DNA of 64,000 bases. It comes from Escherichia phage PBM-1. Under the pieces are notes generated by a model. That model did not search any database and was not told the DNA's origin. It was given only the letters and a program-made list of their open reading frames with translations. Position numbers and translations under genes: made by a program. The DNA is taken from the sequence record PV029540; one strand, given 5' to 3'. Positions 19,427 to 31,438 of the stretch are shown piece after piece; the first letter of the stretch is position 1; every line of letters starts with the position of its first letter.

Positions 19427-21137
19427 TAACCTTAATTGGTTTGTTGGTGTTGTTGAAGATAGAATGGACCCATTAAAATTAGGTCGTGTTCGTGTTCGTG
19501 TGGTTGGTCTGCATCCACCTCAAAGAGCGCAAGGTGATGTAATGGGTATTCCAACTGATAAATTACCGTGGATGTCAGTTATTCAACCCATAACTTCCGC
19601 AGCAATGTCTGGAATTGGAGGCTCCGTTACTGGTCCTGTAGAAGGAACTAGAGTCTATGGTCATTTTTTAGACAAATGGAAAACTAACGGAATTGTCCTT
19701 GGCACGTATGGTGGAATAGTTCGCGAAAAACCTAATAGACTTGAAGGATTTTCTGATCCGACTGGACAGTATCCTAGACGTCTAGGAAATGATACTAACG
19801 TATTAAACCAAGGCGGAGAAGTAGGATATGATTCGTCTTCTAATATTATCCAAGATAGCAATCTAGACACTGCGATAAATCCCGATGATAGACCGCTATC
19901 AGAAATTCCAACTGATGATAATCCAAATATGTCAATGGCTGAAATGCTTCGCCGTGATGAAGGATTAAGACTAAAAGTTTATTGGGATACCGAAGGATAT
20001 CCGACAATTGGTATTGGTCATCTTATCATGAAGCAGCCAGTTCGTGATATGACCCAAATTAATAAAGTTTTATCAAAACAAGTTGGTCGTGAAATTACTG
20101 GAAATCCAGGTTCTATTACAATGGAAGAAGCGGTAACTTTATTTGAACGTGATTTGGCTGATATGCAACGTGACATTAAATCACATTCTAAAGTTGGCCC
20201 AGTTTGGCAGGCAGTTAATCGTTCTCGTCAAATGGCATTAGAAAATATGGCATTTCAGATGGGCGTTGGTGGTGTAGCTAAATTTAACACAATGTTAACT
20301 GCTATGTTAGCTGGAGATTGGGAAAAGGCATATAAAGCTGGTCGTGATTCATTGTGGTATCAACAAACAAAAGGCCGTGCATCTCGTGTTACCATGATTA
20401 TTCTTACAGGTAATTTGGAATCATACGGTATTGAAGTGAAAACACCGTCTAGGTCTTTGTCAGCAATGGCTGCTACTGTAGCAAAGTCTTCTGATCCAGC
20501 TGATCCTCCTATTCCGAATGATTCGAGAATTTTATTTAAAGAACCTGTTTCTTCATATAAAGGTGAATATCCGTATGTTCACACAATGGAAACTGAAAGC
20601 GGTCATATTCAGGAATTTGATGATACCCCTGGGCAAGAACGATACAGATTAGTTCATCCGACTGGAACATATGAGGAAGTATCACCCTCAGGAAGAAGAA
20701 CAAGAAAAACTGTTGATAATTTGTATGATATAACAAATGCTGATGGTAATTTTTTGGTAGCCGGTGATAAAAAGACTAACGTCGGTGGGTCAGAAATTTA
20801 TTACAACATGGATAATCGTCTCCACCAAATAGATGGAAGCAATACAATATTTGTACGTGGCGATGAAACTAAGACGGTTGAAGGTAATGGAACTATCCTA
20901 GTCAAAGGTAATGTTACTATTGTAGTTGAAGGTAATGCTGACATTACAGTTAAAGGAGATGCTACCACTTTAGTTGAAGGAAACCAGACTAATACAGTAA
21001 ATGGAAATCTTTCTTGGAAAGTTGCTGGGACAGTTGATTGGGACGTTGGTGGTGATTGGACGGAAAAAATGGCATCTATGAGTTCTATTTCATCTGGTCA
21101 ATACACAATTGATGGATCGAGGATTGACATTGGCTAA
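19410..21137 (+). CDS. 5: gp5 baseplate hub / tail-associated lysozyme
   Basis: 575 aa; N-terminal OB domain, central lysozyme domain, C-terminal VxGxxxxx beta-helix repeats. Confidence 0.97.
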   Translation: MEMISNNLNWFVGVVEDRMDPLKLGRVRVRVVGLHPPQRAQGDVMGIPTDKLPWMSVIQPITSAAMSGIGGSVTGPVEGTRVYGHFLDKWKTNGIVLGTYGGIVREKPNRLEGFSDPTGQYPRRLGNDTNVLNQGGEVGYDSSSNIIQDSNLDTAINPDDRPLSEIPTDDNPNMSMAEMLRRDEGLRLKVYWDTEGYPTIGIGHLIMKQPVRDMTQINKVLSKQVGREITGNPGSITMEEAVTLFERDLADMQRDIKSHSKVGPVWQAVNRSRQMALENMAFQMGVGGVAKFNTMLTAMLAGDWEKAYKAGRDSLWYQQTKGRASRVTMIILTGNLESYGIEVKTPSRSLSAMAATVAKSSDPADPPIPNDSRILFKEPVSSYKGEYPYVHTMETESGHIQEFDDTPGQERYRLVHPTGTYEEVSPSGRRTRKTVDNLYDITNADGNFLVAGDKKTNVGGSEIYYNMDNRLHQIDGSNTIFVRGDETKTVEGNGTILVKGNVTIVVEGNADITVKGDATTLVEGNQTNTVNGNLSWKVAGTVDWDVGGDWTEKMASMSSISSGQYTIDGSRIDIG

Positions 21138-21171
21138 TATACTTCCAATGAGCGCTGATTTAGGAGAATCC

Positions 21172-21666
21172 ATGGAAGGTTCTTCTATCGACGTCACCTT
21201 TACCGCTCAATTAGAAACAGGTGAAACGTTAGTATCTATAAATATAACTAGTTACGAAGAAACTCCTGGGGTTTTAGTAGAAGAAAATCGTTTATATGGA
21301 ACGTATGAATCTGTGTTTGGATTTGGAAATGATGCGTTGAAATATCGTTTAGATAATGAATTTAAAACTGCTGCTTCATGGGAAGACCTTCCAACTGATT
21401 CTAATACCCAATTGTATTTATGGAAAGCTCCTCAGAACCTCCAGAAGACATTCACTTACGAAGTAACATTAATATATGACTACCAAGAACAAAGTGAATC
21501 TGGAGGTTCTGGTAGTAATTCTAGGTCATCTTCTGATACCACTGAACCAACTGATCCTCCAGCTCCAATAAGAAAAACTCTTGTTAAAAATTATACAAAA
21601 ACTATAGTTGGAAATTGGAGTCGTTGGGCTAATAAATTGAGAAGCTACGTGTATGAGAGGCAATAA
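21172..21666 (+). CDS. 5.1: gene 5.1-like hypothetical protein
   Basis: ORF 21109-21666 overlaps gene 5; Met22 has strong SD TAGGAGA; start ambiguous. Confidence 0.6.
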
Positions 21667-21960
21667 ATGTCAGGATTAAGCTATGATAAGTGTGTTACTG
21701 CTGGCCATGAAGCATGGCCTCCAACAGTTGTGAATGCTACACAAAGTAAAGTATTCACTGGAGGAATTGCTGTTCTCGTAGCAGGCGATCCAATTACAGA
21801 ACATACAGAAATTAAAAAGCCATATGAAACACATGGCGGAGTGACACAACCTAGAACTTCTAAGGTATATGTCACTGGAAAGAAAGCTGTTCAAATGGCT
21901 GATCCAATATCATGCGGTGATACTGTGGCTCAGGCATCATCTAAAGTATTCATTAAATAG
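21667..21960 (+). CDS. 5.4: gp5.4 PAAR-repeat spike tip protein
   Basis: 97 aa, matches T4 gp5.4 size and position. Confidence 0.85.
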
Positions 21961-21968
21961 GATTTAAA

Positions 21969-23951
21969 ATGGCAAATACCCCTGTAAATTATCAATTAAC
22001 AAGAACAGCAAATGCTATTCCCGAGATATTCGTCGGGGGTACATTTGCTGAAATAAAACAAAACCTCATTGAATGGCTTAATGGCCAAAATGAATTTTTG
22101 GATTATGATTTTGAAGGCTCAAGATTAAACGTTCTGTGTGACCTTTTGGCTTATAATACATTGTACATTCAGCAGTTTGGTAATGCTGCCTTGTATGAAA
22201 GCTTTATGCGTACTGCTAATTTACGTAGTTCAGTAGTTCAAGCTGCACAAGATAATGGATATTTACCTACTTCAAAATCAGCTGCTCAAACTGAAATTAT
22301 GCTAACTTGTACAGATGCATTGAATAGAAATTACATTACTATTCCTCGTGGTACTCGCTTTTTAGCATATGCAAAGGATACTTCCGTTAATCCTTACAAC
22401 TTTGTATCTACCGAAGATGTTATTGCTATTCGTGATAAAAATAACCAATATTTTCCACGTTTAAAATTGGCCCAGGGGCGTATAGTAAGAACTGAAATCA
22501 TTTATGATAAATTAACACCTATTATCATTTATGACAAAAATATAGATAGAAACCAAGTTAAACTATACGTTGATGGAGCAGAATGGATTAACTGGACAAG
22601 AAAGTCAATGGTTCATGCTGGTTCTACATCAACAATTTACTACATGCGTGAAACTATTGATGGAAATACTGAGTTTTATTTTGGTGAAGGCGAGATTTCT
22701 GTTAATGCGGCAGAAGGAGCATTGACTGCTAATTATATTGGAGGTCTTAAACCTACCCAGAACTCTACGATTGTTATTGAGTACATCAGTACTAACGGTG
22801 CAGATGCGAATGGCGCAGTCGGATTTTCATATGCAGATACATTAACAAATATAACTGTCATCAACATTAATGAAAATCCAAACGATGACCCAGATTTTGT
22901 TGGGGCAGATGGCGGCGGCGATCCAGAAGATATTGAACGTATTCGCGAATTGGGTACTATTAAACGCGAAACCCAGCAACGTTGCGTAACTGCAACTGAC
23001 TATGATACATTCGTTTCAGAGAGATTTGGTTCTATTATTCAAGCGGTTCAGACGTTCACTGATTCTACTAAACCCGGTTATGCATTTATTGCTGCTAAAC
23101 CTAAATCAGGTCTGTATTTAACTACCGTACAGCGTGAAGATATTAAAAATTATCTCAAAGACTATAATTTAGCTCCTATTACACCGTCAATTATTTCTCC
23201 TAATTATCTTTTTATTAAGACTAATTTAAAAGTCACATATGCTTTAAATAAGCTGCAAGAATCCGAACAGTGGCTCGAAGGTCAAATAATTGATAAAATT
23301 GATCGTTATTATACCGAAGATGTAGAAATTTTTAACTCATCTTTCGCTAAATCTAAGATGTTGACATATGTAGATGATGCAGATCATTCTATCATTGGTT
23401 CATCAGCGACAATTCAAATTGTTCGTGAAGTACAAAACTTCTATAAAACGCCTGAAGCAGGTATTAAATACAATAATCAAATAAAAGATCGTTCTATGGA
23501 ATCTAATACGTTTTCATTTAATTCTGGACGAAAGGTTGTAAATCCTGATACTGGTTTAGAAGAAGATGTATTATATGACGTTCGCATAGTATCAACAGAC
23601 CGAGATTCTAAAGGAATTGGTAAAGTTATTATTGGTCCATTTGCTTCTGGCGATGTTACAGAAAATGAAAACATTCAGCCATATACAGGCAACGATTTTA
23701 ACAAATTAGCAAATTCTGATGGACGCGACAAATACTATGTTATCGGTGAAATAAATTATCCAGCTGATGTGATTTATTGGAATATCGCTAAAATTAATTT
23801 AACATCTGAAAAATTTGAAGTTCAGACCATCGAATTATATTCTGACCCAACCAATGATGTTATCTTTACTCGCGACGGTTCACTGATTGTATTTGAAAAT
23901 GACTTACGTCCACAATACTTAACTATCGATTTGGAGCCTATATCACAATGA
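21969..23951 (+). CDS. 6: gp6 baseplate wedge protein
   Basis: 660 aa as in T4. Confidence 0.9.
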   Translation: MANTPVNYQLTRTANAIPEIFVGGTFAEIKQNLIEWLNGQNEFLDYDFEGSRLNVLCDLLAYNTLYIQQFGNAALYESFMRTANLRSSVVQAAQDNGYLPTSKSAAQTEIMLTCTDALNRNYITIPRGTRFLAYAKDTSVNPYNFVSTEDVIAIRDKNNQYFPRLKLAQGRIVRTEIIYDKLTPIIIYDKNIDRNQVKLYVDGAEWINWTRKSMVHAGSTSTIYYMRETIDGNTEFYFGEGEISVNAAEGALTANYIGGLKPTQNSTIVIEYISTNGADANGAVGFSYADTLTNITVININENPNDDPDFVGADGGGDPEDIERIRELGTIKRETQQRCVTATDYDTFVSERFGSIIQAVQTFTDSTKPGYAFIAAKPKSGLYLTTVQREDIKNYLKDYNLAPITPSIISPNYLFIKTNLKVTYALNKLQESEQWLEGQIIDKIDRYYTEDVEIFNSSFAKSKMLTYVDDADHSIIGSSATIQIVREVQNFYKTPEAGIKYNNQIKDRSMESNTFSFNSGRKVVNPDTGLEEDVLYDVRIVSTDRDSKGIGKVIIGPFASGDVTENENIQPYTGNDFNKLANSDGRDKYYVIGEINYPADVIYWNIAKINLTSEKFEVQTIELYSDPTNDVIFTRDGSLIVFENDLRPQYLTIDLEPISQ

Positions 23952-26900
23952 CAGTAAAAGCACCTTCAGTCACTAGTCTCAGAATTTCCAAGTTATCCGC
24001 AAATCAGGTGCAAGTACGCTGGGATGACGTTGGTGCTAATTTCTACTATTTTGTAGAAATCGCTGAGACAAAAACAAACTCGGGGGAAAATCTCCCGAGT
24101 AATCAATATAGATGGATTAACTTAGGATATACTGCAAATAACAGCTTCTTTTTTGACGATGCTGACCCATTGACATCATACATTATTAGAGTAGCTACAG
24201 CTGCACAAGATTTTGAGCAGTCTGATTGGATTTATACCGAAGAGTTTGAAACTTTTGCTACAAATGCTTATACATTTCAAAACATGATTGAAATGCAATT
24301 AGCTAATAAATTCATTCAGGAAAAATTTACTCTTAATAATTCTGACTATGTTAATTTTAATAATGACACTATAATGGCTGCATTGATGAATGAATCATTC
24401 CAATTCAGCCCATCATATGCTGATGTTTCATCAATAAGTAATTTTATTATTGGTGAAAATGAGTATCATGAAATACAAGGTTCTATTCAGCAAGTATGTA
24501 AGGATATTAATCGAGTTTATTTGATGGAATCAGAAGGGATTCTATATCTTTTTGAGCGTTATCAACCTGTAGTTAAAGTATCCAATGATAAAGGTCAAAC
24601 CTGGAAAGCTGTAAAGCTCTTCAATGACCGTGTAGGATATCCTTTATCTAAGACTGTATATTACCAATCTGCGAGCACAACATATGTTCTAGGATACGAC
24701 AAGATTTTCTATGGCCGCAAATCTACTGATGTTAGATGGTCAGCTGATGATGTCAGATTTAGTTCGCAGGACATAACATTCGCTAAACTTGGTGATCAAC
24801 TTCATTTGGGATTTGATGTTGAAATCTTTGGTACTTATGCTACATTACCTGCAAACGTGTATCGTATAGCTGAAGCTATTACTTGCACCGATGATTACAT
24901 TTACGTTGTCGCCAGAGACAAAGTTAGATACATAAAAACGAGCAATGCACCTATAGATTCTGATCCATTATCTCCAACATATTCAGAAAGGCTATTTGAA
25001 CCTGATACTATGACTATAACTGGAAATCCTAAAGCAGTATGCTATAAAATGGATTCTATCGGTGATAAAGTTTTTGCTCTTATTATTGGCGAAGTTGAAA
25101 CATTAAATGCTAATCCTAGAACATCAAAAATAATTGATTCTGCTGATAAAGGAATATATGTTTTAAATCATGACACAAAAACATGGAAAAGAGTTTTTGG
25201 CAACACTGAAGAAGAAAGAAGACGTATTCAACCAGGGTATGCGAATATGTCAACTGATGGTAAATTAGTTTCTCTATCTTCGAGTAATTTTAAATTTTTA
25301 AGTGATAATATTGTTAATGACCCTGAAACTGTAGCAAAATATCAGTTAATCGGTGCCGTTAAATATGAATTTCCTCGTGAATGGTTAGCTGATAAGCATT
25401 ATCATATGATGGCATTTATAGCAGATGAAAAGTCTGATTGGGAAACTTTTACGCCTCAGCCGATGAAATACTATGCAGAACCATTCTTTAACTGGTCTAA
25501 AAAGTCTAATACACGGTGCTGGATAAACAACTCTAATAGGGCTGTAGTAGTTTATGCAGATTTAAAATATACTAAAGTTATTGAAAATTTTCCAGAAACA
25601 TCGCCAGATAGATTAGTTCATGAATACTGGGATGACGGCGATTGCACTATAGTAATGCCAAACGTTAAATTCACGGGATTTAAAAAATATGCGTCTGGGA
25701 TGCTTTTTTATAAATCCTCTGGTGAAATAATTTCTTATTATGATTTTAACTATCGAGTGAGAGACACGGTTGAAATAATTTGGAAGCCAACTGGAATATT
25801 TTTAAAAGCATTTTTACAAAACCAAGAGCATGAAACTCCTTGGTCACCAGAAGAAGAGCATGGATTAGCTGACCCTGATTTAAGACCATTGATTGGCACA
25901 ATGATGCCTGATTCTTATTTACTACAAGATTCGAATTTTGAGGCATTTTGCGAAGCATATATTCAATATCTTTCTGATGGATATGGAACTCAGTATAACA
26001 ATTTACGAAATTTAATTCGTAACAAATATCCACGAGAAGAGCATGCATGGGAATATTTGTGGTCAGAGATATATAAAAGAAACATTTATTTAAATGCTGA
26101 CAAACGTGATGCTGTTGCAAGATTTTTTGAATCACGTAGCTATGATTTTTATTCTACTAAAGGAATTGAAGCATCATATAAATTTCTTTTTAAAGTTCTT
26201 TATAATGAAGAAGTTGAAATTGAAATTGAATCTGGTGCTGGTACTGAATACGATATAATCGTTCAATCTGATTCTTTAACTGAAGATTTGGTAGGACAAA
26301 CGATTTATACAGCTACAGGAAGATGTAATGTTACTTATATAGAAAGAAGTTATTCTAATGGTAAATTGCAATGGACCGTAACTATTCATAATCTTTTGGG
26401 AAGATTAATTGCTGGTCAAGAAGTTAAAGCAGAAAGACTTCCGAGTTTTGAAGGCGAAATTATTCGTGGTGTTAAAGGAAAGGATTTGCTTCAAAATAAT
26501 ATAGACTATATTAATAGAAGCCGATCATATTATGTAATGAAAATTAAATCCAATTTACCTTCTTCTCGCTGGAAATCTGACGTTATTCGTTTTGTTCATC
26601 CAGTAGGATTTGGATTTATAGCAATTACCCTTTTAACGATGTTTATTAATGTTGGTTTAACTCTTAAACACACAGAGACTATAATTAATAAATACAAAAA
26701 CTACAAATGGGATTCTGGATTGCCTACTGAATATGCTGATAGAGTAGCTAAATTAACTCCAACTGGCGAAATTGAACATGATTCAGTAACAGGAGAAGCA
26801 ATTTATGAACCTGGCCCAATGGCTGGTGTAAAATATCCTCTTCCTGATGACTATAATGCTGAAAATAATAATTCAATATTTCAAGGTCAATTGCCTTCTG

Positions 26901-27046
26901 AACGACGCAAGTTAATGAGTCCTCTATTTGACGCATCTGGAACAACATTTGCACAGTTTAGGGATTTAGTTAATAAACGTCTAAAAGATAATATAGGAAA
27001 TCCAAGAGACCCTGAAAATCCAACACAGGTTAAAATAGATGAATGA
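23948..27046 (+). CDS. 7: gp7 baseplate wedge protein
   Basis: 1032 aa as in T4. Confidence 0.9.
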   Translation: MTVKAPSVTSLRISKLSANQVQVRWDDVGANFYYFVEIAETKTNSGENLPSNQYRWINLGYTANNSFFFDDADPLTSYIIRVATAAQDFEQSDWIYTEEFETFATNAYTFQNMIEMQLANKFIQEKFTLNNSDYVNFNNDTIMAALMNESFQFSPSYADVSSISNFIIGENEYHEIQGSIQQVCKDINRVYLMESEGILYLFERYQPVVKVSNDKGQTWKAVKLFNDRVGYPLSKTVYYQSASTTYVLGYDKIFYGRKSTDVRWSADDVRFSSQDITFAKLGDQLHLGFDVEIFGTYATLPANVYRIAEAITCTDDYIYVVARDKVRYIKTSNAPIDSDPLSPTYSERLFEPDTMTITGNPKAVCYKMDSIGDKVFALIIGEVETLNANPRTSKIIDSADKGIYVLNHDTKTWKRVFGNTEEERRRIQPGYANMSTDGKLVSLSSSNFKFLSDNIVNDPETVAKYQLIGAVKYEFPREWLADKHYHMMAFIADEKSDWETFTPQPMKYYAEPFFNWSKKSNTRCWINNSNRAVVVYADLKYTKVIENFPETSPDRLVHEYWDDGDCTIVMPNVKFTGFKKYASGMLFYKSSGEIISYYDFNYRVRDTVEIIWKPTGIFLKAFLQNQEHETPWSPEEEHGLADPDLRPLIGTMMPDSYLLQDSNFEAFCEAYIQYLSDGYGTQYNNLRNLIRNKYPREEHAWEYLWSEIYKRNIYLNADKRDAVARFFESRSYDFYSTKGIEASYKFLFKVLYNEEVEIEIESGAGTEYDIIVQSDSLTEDLVGQTIYTATGRCNVTYIERSYSNGKLQWTVTIHNLLGRLIAGQEVKAERLPSFEGEIIRGVKGKDLLQNNIDYINRSRSYYVMKIKSNLPSSRWKSDVIRFVHPVGFGFIAITLLTMFINVGLTLKHTETIINKYKNYKWDSGLPTEYADRVAKLTPTGEIEHDSVTGEAIYEPGPMAGVKYPLPDDYNAENNNSIFQGQLPSERRKLMSPLFDASGTTFAQFRDLVNKRLKDNIGNPRDPENPTQVKIDE

Positions 27047-28043
27047 TTCAAGTGTTATCTATCGTGCGATAGTTACTTCAAAATTTAGAACAGAAAAAAT
27101 GTTGAATTTTTATAATTCAATTGGGAGTGGTCCGGATAAAAACACTATCTTTATCACATTTGGAAGATCAGAACCGTGGTCATCAAATGAAAATGAGGTG
27201 GGCTTTGCTCCACCTTATCCAACTGATTCTGTATTGGGTGTAACTGACATGTGGACTCATATGATGGGAACCGTAAAGGTTCTTCCATCTATGCTTGATG
27301 CGGTTATTCCTCGTAGAGATTGGGGAGATACTAGATATCCGGATCCATACACATTTAGAATTAACGATATTGTAGTATGTAACTCAGCTCCTTACAATGC
27401 TACTGAATCAGGCGCAGGCTGGCTAGTATATCGTTGTTTAGATGTTCCTGACACAGGAACATGCTCAATAACATCTTTGACTGACAAGGATGAATGTATT
27501 AAGTTAGGTGGAAAATGGACTCCTTCTGTTAGGTCAATGACTCCTCCTGAAGGTCGAGGAGACGCGGAAGGAACAATCGAACCTGGAGACGGATATGTTT
27601 GGGAATATCTTTTTGAGATTCCGCCTGATGTATCTATAAATAGATGCACAAATGAATATATCGTAGTTCCTTGGCCTGAGGAATTAAAAGAAGACCCAAC
27701 TAGATGGGGGTATGAAGATAATCTCACTTGGCAACAAGATGATTTTGGATTAATTTATCGCGTTAAGGCAAATACTATCCGTTTTAAAGCATATTTAGAT
27801 TCAGTTTACTTTCCTGATGCTGCATTACCGGGAAATAAAGGATTTAGACAAATATCAATAATCACCAATCCTCTTGAAGCTAAAGTTCATCCAAATGACC
27901 CAAACGTTAAAGCTGAAAAGGATTATTATGATCCGGAAGATTTAATGAGGCATTCGGGCGAAATGATTTATATGGAAAATAGGCCACCTATTATCATGGC
28001 AATGGATCAAACAGAAGAAATCAATATTCTGTTTACATTTTAA
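27039..28043 (+). CDS. 8: gp8 baseplate wedge protein
   Basis: 334 aa as in T4. Confidence 0.9.
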   Translation: MNDSSVIYRAIVTSKFRTEKMLNFYNSIGSGPDKNTIFITFGRSEPWSSNENEVGFAPPYPTDSVLGVTDMWTHMMGTVKVLPSMLDAVIPRRDWGDTRYPDPYTFRINDIVVCNSAPYNATESGAGWLVYRCLDVPDTGTCSITSLTDKDECIKLGGKWTPSVRSMTPPEGRGDAEGTIEPGDGYVWEYLFEIPPDVSINRCTNEYIVVPWPEELKEDPTRWGYEDNLTWQQDDFGLIYRVKANTIRFKAYLDSVYFPDAALPGNKGFRQISIITNPLEAKVHPNDPNVKAEKDYYDPEDLMRHSGEMIYMENRPPIIMAMDQTEEINILFTF

Positions 28044-28048
28044 ATTAA

Positions 28049-28072
28049 GGGAGCCCATGGGCTCCCTTTTTT
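28049..28072 (+). terminator. rho-independent terminator after gene 8
   Basis: Palindrome GGGAGCCCATGGGCTCCC followed by TTTTTT. Confidence 0.65.
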
Positions 28073-28075
28073 CTT

Positions 28076-28083
28076 TATAAATA
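28076..28083 (+). promoter_or_regulatory. late promoter (TATAAATA) for gene 9
   Basis: Exact TATAAATA after the gene 8 terminator. Confidence 0.6.
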
Positions 28084-28107
28084 CTATAAACTCATAAGGA
28101 AACCGCT

Positions 28108-28974
28108 ATGTTCATTCAAGAACCAAAGAAATTGATTGATACCGGCGAAATTGGTAACGCTTCTACTGGTGATATCTTATTCGACGGTGGTAATAAAATT
28201 AATAGTGATTTTAACGCAATTTATAATGCGTTTGGCGATCAGCGCAAAATGGCAGTAGCAAATGGCACTGGAGCAAATGGCCAAATTATCCATGCTACTG
28301 GATATTATCAAAAGCACTCTATAGCAGAGTACGCAACTCCAGTAAAAGTTGGCACTAGACATGATATTGATACCTCTACTGTAGGTGTTAAAGTTATCAT
28401 TGAAAAAGGCGAACTTGGCGACTGTGTTGAATTTATTAACTCAAATGGATCAATATCAGTTACTAATCCTTTAACAATTCAGGCTATTGATTCAATCAAA
28501 GGTGTTTCGGGTAATTTGGTAGTAACTAGCCCATATAGTAAAGTTACTTTACGATGTATTTCATCTGATAATTCTACATCTGTTTGGAATTATTCTATTG
28601 AAAGTATGTTTGGACAAAAGGAATCACCAGCTGAAGGTACATGGAATATTTCTACATCTGGATCAGTTGACATTCCACTATTTCACCGTACTGAATATAA
28701 CATGGCTAAATTGTTAGTTACGTGCCAATCGATAGATGGAAGAAAAATTAAAACAGCAGAAATAAATATTCTTGTGGATAATGTTAATTCAGAGGTCATT
28801 TCTTCTGAATATGCTGTCATGCGAGTTGGGAATGAAACTGAAGAAGACGAAATCGCTAATATTGCATTTAGTATTAAAACAAATTATGTAACAGCGACTA
28901 TAAGTTCTTCAACTGTCGGTATGAGAGCAGCAGTTAAAGTTATCGCTACGCAGAAAATCGGGGTGGCTCAATAA
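28108..28974 (+). CDS. 9: gp9 baseplate protein (long tail fibre socket)
   Basis: 288 aa as in T4; terminator and late promoter upstream. Confidence 0.9.
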   Translation: MFIQEPKKLIDTGEIGNASTGDILFDGGNKINSDFNAIYNAFGDQRKMAVANGTGANGQIIHATGYYQKHSIAEYATPVKVGTRHDIDTSTVGVKVIIEKGELGDCVEFINSNGSISVTNPLTIQAIDSIKGVSGNLVVTSPYSKVTLRCISSDNSTSVWNYSIESMFGQKESPAEGTWNISTSGSVDIPLFHRTEYNMAKLLVTCQSIDGRKIKTAEINILVDNVNSEVISSEYAVMRVGNETEEDEIANIAFSIKTNYVTATISSSTVGMRAAVKVIATQKIGVAQ

Positions 28975-30779
28975 TGAAACAAAATATTAATATCGGTAAT
29001 GTTGTTGATGATGGTACCGGTGACTACCTGCGTAAAGGTGGTATAAAAATAAATGAAAACTTTGATGAACTTTATTATGAACTTGGCGATGGAGATGTTC
29101 CATATTCAGCCGGTGCCTGGAAAACTTATAATGCTTCATCCGGTCAAACATTAAAAGCTAAGTGGGGAAAATCATACGCTATTAATACCTCTTCTGGAAG
29201 AGTAACTTTACAACTTCCTAAAGGAACTGTTAATGATTATAATAAAGTAATTAGAGCTAGGGATGTATTTGCAACATGGAACATTAATCCAGTTACTTTA
29301 GTAGCTGCTTCTGGGGATACAATTAAAGGGTCGTCATCGTCAGTTGAAATTAATATTCAATTTAGTGATTTAGAGCTTGTTTATTGCGCTCCAGGACGTT
29401 GGGAGTATGTCAAAAACAAGCAAATTGATAAAATTATTAGTTCAGATATTAGTAATGTAGCTCGCAAAGAATTTTTAGTAGAAGTTCAAGGACAAACTGA
29501 CTTTTTAGATGTTTTCCATGGAACTAGTTATAATGTCAATAACATCAGAGTAAAACACCGCGGTAACGAATTATATTACGGCGATGTATTTAGTGAAAAC
29601 AGTGACTTTGGCTCTCCGGGGGAAAATGAAGGAGAATTAATTCCTCTTGATGGATTTAATATTAGGTTAAGACAGCCTTGTAATATTGGCGACACTGTTC
29701 AAATTGAAACGTTTATGGATGGTGTATCACAATGGAGAAGTTCATATACAAGACGCCAAATAAAAGTATTAGATTCAAAACTAACATCAAAGACTTCTTT
29801 AGAAGGAAGCATTTATGTTACTGATTTATCGGCGATGAAATCAATTCCATTCTCTGCGTTTGGATTAATTCCTGGCGAACCCATTAATCCTAATTCTCTC
29901 GAGGTTCGTTTTAATGGAATTTTACAGCAACAGGCTGGAACAGCTGGGTATCCTCTGTTTTTGTGCGAAGGCGCTAATTCAGATACGCAAGAAGGATGTA
30001 TATCTCTTGGTGGCGAATGGAAAGAATCAAACACAGATTATTCTATAGAATATGAAGAGGGAAAACCTACAAGTCTTTTATTTGATAGAAAATTTGAATC
30101 AGGCGATATAATCGTTATAACGTGGTTCAATAATGATTTAGGAACTCTTTTAGAAAAAGATGACATCATTGAATTAACGGATGACCGTTATGTTAGTAAA
30201 GGATCATCTACCGAAGTTACTGGCGATGTAGCCTTAACAGATTTTGATAAAATTGGTTGGCCAAATGTTGAAAAAGTTGATTCTTATACTAGAACGTATA
30301 ATTCAATATCATCTATTTTCGATAGCATTTATCCTGTAGGTTCAATTTATGAAAATGCTATAAACCCAAATAATCCGGTGACTTATATGGGGTTTGGTTC
30401 GTGGAAATTATTTGGTAAAGGACAAGTTTTAGTAGGATGGAATGATGATGTTACGGATCCAAACTTTGCTTTAAACAATAATGATTTAGATTCTAGTGGA
30501 AATCCTTCACACACTGCCGGTGGAACAGTTGGAACAACATCAGTAACGCTTGAAACCGCAAATCTTCCTGCGACTAAAACTGATGAAAGAGTTTTAATTG
30601 AAGATGAAAATGGATCAGTTATTATTGGAGGTTGTCAATATGACCCAGATGAAACTGGTCCTATATATACAAAATATCGTGAAGACTATGCAACAACAAA
30701 CTCTTCACATACTCCTCCTACTAATATTAGTAATATTCAACCGTCTATTACTGTATACCGTTGGATAAGGATTGCATAA
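28974..30779 (+). CDS. 10: gp10 baseplate wedge protein
   Basis: 601 aa; position. Confidence 0.9.
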   Translation: MKQNINIGNVVDDGTGDYLRKGGIKINENFDELYYELGDGDVPYSAGAWKTYNASSGQTLKAKWGKSYAINTSSGRVTLQLPKGTVNDYNKVIRARDVFATWNINPVTLVAASGDTIKGSSSSVEINIQFSDLELVYCAPGRWEYVKNKQIDKIISSDISNVARKEFLVEVQGQTDFLDVFHGTSYNVNNIRVKHRGNELYYGDVFSENSDFGSPGENEGELIPLDGFNIRLRQPCNIGDTVQIETFMDGVSQWRSSYTRRQIKVLDSKLTSKTSLEGSIYVTDLSAMKSIPFSAFGLIPGEPINPNSLEVRFNGILQQQAGTAGYPLFLCEGANSDTQEGCISLGGEWKESNTDYSIEYEEGKPTSLLFDRKFESGDIIVITWFNNDLGTLLEKDDIIELTDDRYVSKGSSTEVTGDVALTDFDKIGWPNVEKVDSYTRTYNSISSIFDSIYPVGSIYENAINPNNPVTYMGFGSWKLFGKGQVLVGWNDDVTDPNFALNNNDLDSSGNPSHTAGGTVGTTSVTLETANLPATKTDERVLIEDENGSVIIGGCQYDPDETGPIYTKYREDYATTNSSHTPPTNISNIQPSITVYRWIRIA

Positions 30780-31438
30780 TGAGTTTACTTAATAATAAAG
30801 CGGGAGTTATTTCCCGCTTAGCGGATTTTCTTGGTTTTAGAACTAAGAAAAATGATATTTCGATTATGAATAATCAGCCAGTAGGCGCTGTAACAATTTC
30901 ACAAATATCAAAAGGTTTTTATGATTCAAATGTAGAATCTGCTATCAATGACGTTAGAAATATGGCAGAGCAACCGGTTGGAGCTGTATTAGTTAATATA
31001 AGCGGCGTATCTCCTACTGGCGTGCAACAAACCGACTATTGGTCATTTGAAGGAACTGTTACTGATACTTCAGTCAAATCAGGTGACCCAGTTATTGTTA
31101 ACATGTTTGGTATTCCAGTTAAAGCTACTAATGGAATGACTTCAATTGAATTTACTAGTGCCGTTAGAATAGCTCTACAGGAAATGGTTGTAAAATTTAT
31201 TGCAATTGATTCATTTGAAGACCATCCTACCATAGGAAATAAAATACAAGTTAAGTATTTAGATAACCAAGAACATATCTTAGAACAATACTCTGATAAA
31301 GGAATTACTTTCAAACAGGAAATAATTTCTCCTTCTAAACCTGGGTATGGAACTTGGCAATTATTAGGTGCGCAAACTGTTACGCTAGATAGTCACACAC
31401 AACCTACAGTATTTTATTATTTTGAGAGAGTAGCATGA
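30779..31438 (+). CDS. 11: gp11 baseplate wedge protein (short tail fibre attachment)
   Basis: ORF 30761-31438 starts at TTG; true ATG at Met7 gives 219 aa ([20 protein letters not shown]...). Confidence 0.9.
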   Translation: MSLLNNKAGVISRLADFLGFRTKKNDISIMNNQPVGAVTISQISKGFYDSNVESAINDVRNMAEQPVGAVLVNISGVSPTGVQQTDYWSFEGTVTDTSVKSGDPVIVNMFGIPVKATNGMTSIEFTSAVRIALQEMVVKFIAIDSFEDHPTIGNKIQVKYLDNQEHILEQYSDKGITFKQEIISPSKPGYGTWQLLGAQTVTLDSHTQPTVFYYFERVA

